Assembly (NCBI GenBank): GCA_963735035.1 | Contig: CAVTJJ010000006.1 | Coordinates: 160,001-224,000 of the forward strand | Reading direction: 5' to 3' | Length of the DNA stretch: 64,000 nucleotides | Source: an uncultured candidate division Zixibacteria bacterium | GTDB taxonomy: Bacteria > Zixibacteria > MSB-5A5 > GN15 > FEB-12 | Shown here: in pieces, positions 1 through 6,790 of the stretch | How the letters are laid out: every line of letters starts with the position of its first letter | Numbering within the stretch: position 1 is the first letter of the stretch | Made by a program: the position numbers and the translations under genes | Notes under the pieces: generated by a model | What the model saw: only the letters and a program-made list of their open reading frames with translations | What the model was told of the DNA's origin: nothing | Database searches by the model: none

Positions 1-1
1 G

Positions 2-292
2 CAAAAGGAACGGCTGGCGGCCATTAACGAAACCGCCGTCACCGTGAATCACGAAATTAACAATCCGCTGACTGCTATCATTGGAAACGTCCAGCTTCTG
101 CTAATGCACCGCAAGGACCTTGACCCCGAACTTCGCAACAAGCTGAGCGTCATCGAGGAATCCGCGTCGAAAATCAAAGACGTCACCCAGAAATTGCTCC
201 GACTGACCTCGGCCCGTTCCGTAGAATACGTCAAGGGCACCGAAATGCTCGATCTGTCCGATCCGGACGACAAGAACCATCCTCGCAAGTAG
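2..292 (+). CDS. C-terminal part of a HisKA (dimerisation/phospho-acceptor) protein ending without a HATPase domain; 5' end outside window
   Basis: Open frame from nt 2: QKERLAAINETAVTVNHEINNPLTAIIGN (H-box); stop about 75 aa after the His. Confidence 0.75.
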   Translation, partial: QKERLAAINETAVTVNHEINNPLTAIIGNVQLLLMHRKDLDPELRNKLSVIEESASKIKDVTQKLLRLTSARSVEYVKGTEMLDLSDPDDKNHPRK

Positions 293-434
293 CTCCCCCG
301 GGGCCGGGATTGCCGGCCAACCTTCAGATTGCATCTACATCAGCAAAGCAGTATCCTTCACACGGCCTGATTGGATTCTTGTGCGAAGTGAGTCGCATCA
401 AGCGTATCAAGAGTGAGGTCGAAAGGAGCAACAG

Positions 435-2588
435 ATGAAATGTATAGGACAGGGTATAGCCGGATTTGTGATGCTGGCAACGATTATTGCTGTAGCCGGT
501 TGCGGGGTTGACCATCAGCATCCACCCGTGGCGGCCGTAAAGCCGGTGACGGATACATATCACGGCGTGGCGGTAGTCGACAACTATCAATGGCTGGAGA
601 ATGCTTCTGATTCCGAAGTGCAGAAATGGTCACAGGCGGAAAATCAATACGCGCAAGACGTCCTGGGTAAGATTCCCGCGCGCCAGGCGATTGCCGATCG
701 TCTGACGCAACTCTACAAAGAAGCTACTCCCACTTACGGCAGTTTTCACTACCAGGGTGGTGTTCTGTTTGCTCTCAAGAACGACCCCGCCAAGGACCAA
801 CCGATGCTGGTGGTGATGACGTCGCCTCAGGATTTGACTACCGAACGGGTAGTTTTCGACCCCAACGTTCTTGATCCGAGCGGACTGACATCGATTGATT
901 TCTTTGTGGTCTCGTCGGATGCGGCTCTGGTAGCGGTCTCGCTGTCCAAGGGCGGACGCGAGGACGGCGACGTGCATGTCTTCCATGTGAGTGACGGCAG
1001 CCAGCTCTCCGATGTGGTGCTGCGGGTCAATGGCCCGACTGCGGGTGGCGATGTCGCCTGGAAGGCCGACGGTTCCGGATTCTACTACAGTCATTATCCT
1101 CGCACGGGAGAGAAGCCGCAGGATTCTCTTCGCTTCTATCAGCAGATCTATTTCCATCAGTTAGGCACACCTACTGAGAGCGATACTTATGAAATCGGCA
1201 AAGATTGTCCGGCCATAGCTGAGATCACGTTCGAGACGTCGCCCGACAACAAATACATTGTTGCCCAGGTAGCCAACGGTGACGGCGGCTTGTTTTCTCA
1301 TTATCTTAAAGGACCGTCAGGCGGCTGGCAGCAGATTGCTCGCGATGAAGATCTCGTCCCCTGGGTGAAATTTGGCCCCGACAACTCCCTATACCTGCTG
1401 TCGCACCTGAATACGCCTCGGGGTCAGATTCTGCAACTTCCAGTCGGCAAACCCGACCTGAAATCGGCTCGTGTCGTAGTTCCGGAGAGCGATGTCGTCA
1501 TCGATGATATACTTGTGACTCAGACTAAGATGTTTGTGTCCGACGTGGTCGGTGGACCGTCGCAGATTCGCATTCTCGATCGGGACGGGGCTTTTCAGAA
1601 ACTGGTACCGGTTCTGCCTGTCTCATCGGTTGACGGTTTGACCTGTGTGGGTGGCGACAAGATACTCTACGGAAATCAGAGCTACACGACGCCCAAAGCC
1701 GTGTACCTCTTTGAACCGTCGGAAGGCTCTACGATCAAGACCGCTATGCAGACCACTTCACCCGCCGATTTCAGCAACGTGGAAGTCATTCGCGAAGTGG
1801 CGATCTCCAAGGACGGTACCCGGGTGCCGATGAGCATCATCCGTCGCAAGGGTACGGTCTTGAACGGTCAGAATCCTACGGTGCTCTACGGGTACGGAGG
1901 ATATGGGCTCACACAGCAGCCGACGTATGATCGCGAGATTTCGCTCTGGCTGGACCATGGCGGTGTCTATGTGAAAACCAATATCCGAGGCGGCGGCGAG
2001 TTCGGCGAGGCCTGGCATCTGGGAGGGAACCTCACCAATAAGCAGAACGTGTTTGATGACTTTGCCGCGTGTGCGCAATTCTTGATTGACAAGAAATATA
2101 CTAATCCTTCGAAACTCGCCATCCGGGGTGGTTCCAACGGCGGGTTGTTGATGGGCGCTACGCTGACTCAGCATCCTAACCTGTTCAAAGCGGTTGTATG
2201 CGAAAAGGGTGTGCTGGATATGCTTCGGGTCGAGCTCGGTCCCAATGGTGCTTTCAATACGACCGAGTACGGCACGGTTGCAAACCCAGAGCAGTTCCAG
2301 GCCCTCCGGGCTTATTCGCCTTATGCCAACATCAAACCCGGTGTCCGGTATCCCGACGTTCTGTTCACGGCGGATGAAAACGACGGACGGGTGCTGTCGT
2401 ATCACTCCAAGAAGACTACCGCCGCTCTCCAGGCGACCAGTCCTGAGAGTCTCACGCTCTTGCTTGTTACGGCGGGACGCGGCCATGGCATAGGAAGCTC
2501 GCTGAGCAACAACCTGGTCAACAGCACCAACGTCTACTCGTTCCTGTTTGACCGGCTGGCGGTGGATTTCAAGACGCCCGCGAAGTAG
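435..2588 (+). CDS. Prolyl oligopeptidase (S9A), predicted lipoprotein
   Basis: RBS AAGGAG; lipobox-like IAVAGC; N-terminal DNYQWLE; YGYGGYG; NIRGGGEFG; nucleophile GGSNGG; DGRV Asp; GHG His. Confidence 0.93.
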   Translation: MKCIGQGIAGFVMLATIIAVAGCGVDHQHPPVAAVKPVTDTYHGVAVVDNYQWLENASDSEVQKWSQAENQYAQDVLGKIPARQAIADRLTQLYKEATPTYGSFHYQGGVLFALKNDPAKDQPMLVVMTSPQDLTTERVVFDPNVLDPSGLTSIDFFVVSSDAALVAVSLSKGGREDGDVHVFHVSDGSQLSDVVLRVNGPTAGGDVAWKADGSGFYYSHYPRTGEKPQDSLRFYQQIYFHQLGTPTESDTYEIGKDCPAIAEITFETSPDNKYIVAQVANGDGGLFSHYLKGPSGGWQQIARDEDLVPWVKFGPDNSLYLLSHLNTPRGQILQLPVGKPDLKSARVVVPESDVVIDDILVTQTKMFVSDVVGGPSQIRILDRDGAFQKLVPVLPVSSVDGLTCVGGDKILYGNQSYTTPKAVYLFEPSEGSTIKTAMQTTSPADFSNVEVIREVAISKDGTRVPMSIIRRKGTVLNGQNPTVLYGYGGYGLTQQPTYDREISLWLDHGGVYVKTNIRGGGEFGEAWHLGGNLTNKQNVFDDFAACAQFLIDKKYTNPSKLAIRGGSNGGLLMGATLTQHPNLFKAVVCEKGVLDMLRVELGPNGAFNTTEYGTVANPEQFQALRAYSPYANIKPGVRYPDVLFTADENDGRVLSYHSKKTTAALQATSPESLTLLLVTAGRGHGIGSSLSNNLVNSTNVYSFLFDRLAVDFKTPAK

Positions 2589-2613
2589 ACGTTTCGATCA
2601 TTGCACCAAAACA

Positions 2614-2639
2614 AAGAGCCGCCCATCAAGGCGGCTCTT
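2614..2639. terminator. Probable bidirectional intrinsic terminator between convergent genes
   Basis: Perfect 10-bp stem AAGAGCCGCC-catcaa-GGCGGCTCTT with A-rich and T-rich flanks. Confidence 0.75.
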
Positions 2640-2663
2640 CTTCATGATTCATTTGAGATCTTG

Positions 2664-3812
2664 TCAGATGACGTTAGTTTCGACTATCAGCTCACCCTTG
2701 GCGAACCGCGCCGGGCTCAGGTCAGAGATGTCAACGGCCGGTGTCTGACCCGTAATAATCTGCGTGGATACCATGCCGGTCGCCGGGGCGTGCATCAGCC
2801 CGTGACCGGAGAAACCGGTCGCATGGAACAGGCCTTCCACGGCCGGTTCGAAACCGACAATCGCACGATGATCCGGGGTCGTCTCATATAACCCTGCCCA
2901 CTTGTTGGCTATCTCTGCCGTCTCGAGTTGAGGGATGCGGTCAAGTGCGCGCTCCAAAATTGAATCGGTGTAGTCCGGATCGATAGAAATATCAAACGAT
3001 GGTTTGACGTCCGGGTCGGCCCAGCCAAGCAGTAGACCCTTCGACTCCTTATGGGTGTACAGACCGGACGCGACGTCGACAACCATCGGGAAATACGGCT
3101 TCACGAAATCGAGCGCCCCGGTAGTGACACACTGTCTTCGCACCGGCGCCACTTTGAGATCAACTCCGACCATACGGCCAATCTGCGCCGCAAAGGCGCC
3201 CGTGGCATTGATCACCAGACCGCAGGAGATAGTGCCTTTGTTCGTCATGACGTCAGTGACTTTTCCGGCCGAAACGGTCAGCCCGGTTACCTCGGTCTCA
3301 AGTTCGATCTCGACACCCAATTTGCGGGCAGCCTTCTCGTAACCTGAGAGGAACTCACTCGGATCAGCCAGACCATCGTCATGGCAGAACGTGGCCATTT
3401 TGACATCGTCTAACCGGACATGAGGAGCATACTGGGGGATGTCTTCGGGTTTGAGTACGTCCACTTTTAGGCCCAGCGACCGCTGGAGAGAAACGCTCTT
3501 CATGAACGTTTCGACATCTTCATCGCGGGTCAACAGGAACATGTACCCGACTTGATCGAACAGCGCCTCCTGCCCGGTATCCTCTTTGAATCTGCAGAAG
3601 AGTTTCTCGGACAACATCGACATCTCGATATTGATCTTGTTGGCGAACTGGGCGCGGATGCCACCAGCCGCCTTCGAAGTAGAATGGGTGCCGGTCAGAG
3701 ATTCCTTTTCCAGCAGAACGATCCGGCCATACTTGGCCCGAGACAAATAGAAAGCGGTGGCCATACCAATAATGCCGCCGCCGATTATTACCGCATCAGC
3801 CTTATTACGCAC
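2664..3812 (-). CDS. FAD-dependent oxidoreductase, DAO/sarcosine oxidase beta family
   Basis: IIGGGIIG Rossmann motif; STSKAAGGIRAQF; WAGLYETTPDH; GFSGHGLMHAP. Confidence 0.9.
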   Translation of the reverse strand: MRNKADAVIIGGGIIGMATAFYLSRAKYGRIVLLEKESLTGTHSTSKAAGGIRAQFANKINIEMSMLSEKLFCRFKEDTGQEALFDQVGYMFLLTRDEDVETFMKSVSLQRSLGLKVDVLKPEDIPQYAPHVRLDDVKMATFCHDDGLADPSEFLSGYEKAARKLGVEIELETEVTGLTVSAGKVTDVMTNKGTISCGLVINATGAFAAQIGRMVGVDLKVAPVRRQCVTTGALDFVKPYFPMVVDVASGLYTHKESKGLLLGWADPDVKPSFDISIDPDYTDSILERALDRIPQLETAEIANKWAGLYETTPDHRAIVGFEPAVEGLFHATGFSGHGLMHAPATGMVSTQIITGQTPAVDISDLSPARFAKGELIVETNVI

Positions 3813-3860
3813 TTCATGCCTCTAAATCACAGTGTCCAACCACACGTCTTTTCGAAGGTC

Positions 3861-3888
3861 AATTTACCCAATTGGCGGGCTTAGTCAA
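3861..3888 (-). promoter_or_regulatory. sigma70-type promoter for the DAO-family gene
   Basis: Minus strand TTGACT-N16-TAAATT. Confidence 0.5.
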
Positions 3889-3988
3889 GGGGATGTCTGA
3901 CCTGTTAGGTGGGTTGATTTGAAACTCAGAACTCGTTGTCCTGTTGTGAAATAAGAGAATACTCGAACCGCGCAGGGATAGTCCGTTC

Positions 3989-4017
3989 TTGTTGACGGGA
4001 AACATTGTAAGTAAATT
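3989..4017 (+). promoter_or_regulatory. sigma70-type promoter, probably giving a leaderless mRNA for 4024..6339
   Basis: TTGTTG-N17-TAAATT; -10 ends 7 nt before the A of ATG 4024; no Shine-Dalgarno present. Confidence 0.4.
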
Positions 4018-4023
4018 GCCCGC

Positions 4024-6339
4024 ATGGCCGCTCCGCCAAAGCTCAGGTCTGATCTCATATCGTCGCCTTCGGTAGTCGACGGCGTCACCGTGTTTACGGT
4101 GAAAGACCCGATCGGGGGGAAATACTTCCGCCTCCGTGAGCCCGAGCACTGGCTGATTCACCAGTTTGACGGCAATAGTACGCCCGATGAAATCGCTGCC
4201 AGATTCGGCGAGAAATTCGGGCTTAAGATCAGTGGCTCTGATGTGGCTCAATTCTCAGCCGCACTTGACAACCTGTTCTTTCTCGAGAACACTCGATCAG
4301 AACAGATCCTCAGCCGCTCAGGGACGCGCATCGAAGCCAGACGACCTCTGTGGCAGCGCATTCTATATTTGCGGCTGAAAGCATTCAAGCCAGGGAAGGG
4401 GCTTGATTGGCTCACGCGGCTCTATCGACCGTTTCATCGGCCCTTCTGGTTCGTCGTGCAGGGACTTGTCATACTCGCCGGGTTGATCGTGCTGTTCGCC
4501 AATCTGCCGTCATTCGAAGTCAGTCTTAGCGCACTGTGGAATCTCGGATCAATCGGGCTCTTGATCCTGTCGATGTTCATACTGGTCTCGCTGCACGAGT
4601 TCGCTCATGCCGTGACCTGTCGTGTATATGGGGGAGAGGTCCGCGAAATCGGCTTCCTGCTTCTCTATTTCCAACCCTGCTTCTATTGCGATCTGTCCGA
4701 TGCCTGGCTGTTCCCCAAGAAGTCACAACGGCTGGCAGTGTCATTTGCGGGTCCGTTCTTCCAACTGGTCCTGCTGGCGGTTTCGGTGATTGTCTGGCGT
4801 CTGACGGTGCCAGGCGTGTTCGTGAGTCAACTTGCGTGGATGCTGGTTACGGTGAACTGGATCAACTTCCTGTTTAATTTCAACCCGCTAATCAAGCTGG
4901 ACGGGTATTATCTGCTCTCTGATTGGGTGGAAATTCCGAACCTGCGTCAGAAAGCATTTTCGTATCTGGGCAATGCTTTGAAGCGGCGTTTGCTTGGTTG
5001 GCCGATTGAGTCACTGGCTGTAACGGCGCGCCAGCGGCGGATTTTCGTCACATACGGGCTGACCGCACTGATATACTCAGTGTTACTTCTGGGCTACATG
5101 TTCACATTGGTGGCGAAGTTCCTGATGGCTGAGATCGGCCCTGCCGGTCCGGCCTTGTTAGTTCTGGTCATATTATTTATATTGCGATCAAGGTTGCGGA
5201 ATCTCGCACAGGGTATTATCAGTCATGTTAAGTATATGAAGAGACTGCTGAAACAGCCTTTGAAACTCGCCGGATATCTGGTCGTCCTCGCGGTCGTCCT
5301 GGTCATAGGACTGGCCCTGCCGCTGCCACATCGGGTTTCGGGCGAAGTGCTCGTGCGCCCCGTCGCGATGTTCACGGTCAGGTTGAACGAATATGGAGTG
5401 CTGGAGAAGATTTCCCGCCGGGGTGGAGATGTTCCCACCACCAAGACTGATATTCTGCAATTGGCCACTACAGACATGGCCGCGCTGCAGGTCGTGCCGT
5501 TGGTACGAGACGGCGAATCAGTGACGGCCGGTGACACGATTGCCGCGGTAACGTCCAATCAGATCACGCGGGATATCAATGCCGGCCAGGCCGAGTTGGA
5601 ACGTCTTCAAAATGAACTGGCCCTCCTTAAGGCACTGCCCAAGAAGCAGGCGATGGACGAGGCCAAAGCCAGCATCAAGTCCGCCAAAGCCACCCTGGCT
5701 CAGAACAAGCGTGAACGCGATCGGATGAAGTCGCTGGTAGACAGCAAATTAGAGGCGCGTGAGCGGCTTGAGTCGATCCAGTCCCAGGTGGAAGTCGCCG
5801 AAGCCGAAGTCACTCGATGTCAATCGGCGCTGAATCTCCTTCAAGCTCCTCCTCGGCCCGAAGAAGAAGATGTAGTCCTCAGCCAGATTCAGAAGCAGCA
5901 GGCGCAGCTGGACTTTCTCGTCCAGCAGGCCGCGGCCAGCCGGATCGAATCTCCTATCAGCGGGGTCGTCCGGGTGGCGGGCAAGAGTGGAGCCGTGGTT
6001 GAAGTGGCAACCTGCGATCCGGTGGAACTGCTCCTGCCGGTGTCAGACTTCGACCTGCCGCTCGTGACACTGGGGCAGACAGTCCAGGTGAAGGTTCGCT
6101 CATTCCCCAATCAAGTATTTTCCGGCACGGTGGTTCGGATCCCGAAGACTTCCGGGACATCTGATGCAGAGGCGGGCGGCGTCTTTCAGATATCCGTGCT
6201 TGTGGCGAACCCGGATGGACTGCTCCGTGATGGGATGAGCGGTTATGCCAAGATCGAAGCGGGGAAGATATCCGCGTTTGCGTGGGCGTTCCGGAAGGTG
6301 TACCAGAACCTCCGGGTTGAGTTCTGGTCATGGTGGTAG
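4024..6339 (+). CDS. RRE (PqqD-like)-M50 intramembrane metallopeptidase-HlyD/membrane-fusion adaptor fusion protein
   Basis: N-terminal VKDPIGGKYFRL...QFDG..TPDEIA..F (PqqD-like pattern); HEFAH and NFNPLIKLDGYY M50 zinc motifs in TM region; C-terminal lipoyl halves (VRDGESVTAGD, IESPISGVV), long coiled coil and LRDGMSGYAKI beta-barrel end. Confidence 0.88.
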   Translation: MAAPPKLRSDLISSPSVVDGVTVFTVKDPIGGKYFRLREPEHWLIHQFDGNSTPDEIAARFGEKFGLKISGSDVAQFSAALDNLFFLENTRSEQILSRSGTRIEARRPLWQRILYLRLKAFKPGKGLDWLTRLYRPFHRPFWFVVQGLVILAGLIVLFANLPSFEVSLSALWNLGSIGLLILSMFILVSLHEFAHAVTCRVYGGEVREIGFLLLYFQPCFYCDLSDAWLFPKKSQRLAVSFAGPFFQLVLLAVSVIVWRLTVPGVFVSQLAWMLVTVNWINFLFNFNPLIKLDGYYLLSDWVEIPNLRQKAFSYLGNALKRRLLGWPIESLAVTARQRRIFVTYGLTALIYSVLLLGYMFTLVAKFLMAEIGPAGPALLVLVILFILRSRLRNLAQGIISHVKYMKRLLKQPLKLAGYLVVLAVVLVIGLALPLPHRVSGEVLVRPVAMFTVRLNEYGVLEKISRRGGDVPTTKTDILQLATTDMAALQVVPLVRDGESVTAGDTIAAVTSNQITRDINAGQAELERLQNELALLKALPKKQAMDEAKASIKSAKATLAQNKRERDRMKSLVDSKLEARERLESIQSQVEVAEAEVTRCQSALNLLQAPPRPEEEDVVLSQIQKQQAQLDFLVQQAAASRIESPISGVVRVAGKSGAVVEVATCDPVELLLPVSDFDLPLVTLGQTVQVKVRSFPNQVFSGTVVRIPKTSGTSDAEAGGVFQISVLVANPDGLLRDGMSGYAKIEAGKISAFAWAFRKVYQNLRVEFWSWW

Positions 6340-6538
6340 GACCTCGCCTCATCCGACGTTGAATGCCATCTATTTACGAGCATGATATATAAACCGGATC
6401 ATGCCAGGCATCATCCAACTGACAAGAATTCATCATGCATGATGTCATTTTGCGGGGATGAAGGGAAAAGACTTCCCTAAATGGACACATTTTCCATGAT
6501 TTGTGGAGAAAAAGAGACATCCTGTATCATTTAGCCTC

Positions 6539-6567
6539 TTGACGAAATTGCAGAATGTGATTAAATT
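6539..6567 (+). promoter_or_regulatory. sigma70-type promoter of the small peptide gene
   Basis: TTGACG-N17-TAAATT; the same TAAATT -10 occurs at 3861 and 4012. Confidence 0.6.
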
Positions 6568-6570
6568 GTC

Positions 6571-6631
6571 AGTGGTCGCGTGTGATCTCGCTGATCACAC
6601 TGGCCCCTCTTAAGTGAGGGGTGTGCCCACT
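6571..6631 (+). ncRNA. Candidate structured 5' leader (three-way junction) of the peptide mRNA
   Basis: Outer stem AGTGGTCGC/GTGCCCACT enclosing hairpins GTGTGATC-tcgct-GATCACAC (6580-6600) and GCCCCTC-ttaagt-GAGGGGT (6603-6622). Confidence 0.4.
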
Positions 6632-6655
6632 ACCGTTAGTATAGGAGGTGAGTGC

Positions 6656-6733
6656 ATGGCGGACTACAAACTGACCGTAGAGGTGCTCGAAGCCCGCATA
6701 GCCCCGATGGGGTTTAGCTTGGGCGGACAGTAG
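6656..6733 (+). CDS. 25-aa putative RiPP-like precursor/signal peptide MADYKLTVEVLEARIAPMGFSLGGQ (absent from the ORF track)
   Basis: Strong RBS AGGAGGTG at 6643-6650; own promoter and terminator; LExRIAP leader-like motif; directly downstream of the RRE-M50-HlyD gene. Confidence 0.82.
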   Translation: MADYKLTVEVLEARIAPMGFSLGGQ

Positions 6734-6737
6734 TCTT

Positions 6738-6790
6738 TGCGAAGTAGGTTTCGCAGTAAGGGCAGACCTTTATAGGTCTGCCTTTGCTTT
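6738..6790. terminator. Small hairpin plus intrinsic terminator of the peptide gene, overlapping the kinase stop codon
   Basis: TGCGAA-gtaggt-TTCGCA (6738-6755), then AAGGGCAGACCT-ttat-AGGTCTGCCTTT (6758-6785) followed by GCTTTTT. Confidence 0.75.

Noticed and set aside
6536..6553. Possible sigma54 promoter for the peptide gene (..GACGAAATTGCA)
   Set aside because: TTGC is present but the invariant GG at -24 is missing; a sigma70 reading fits better.
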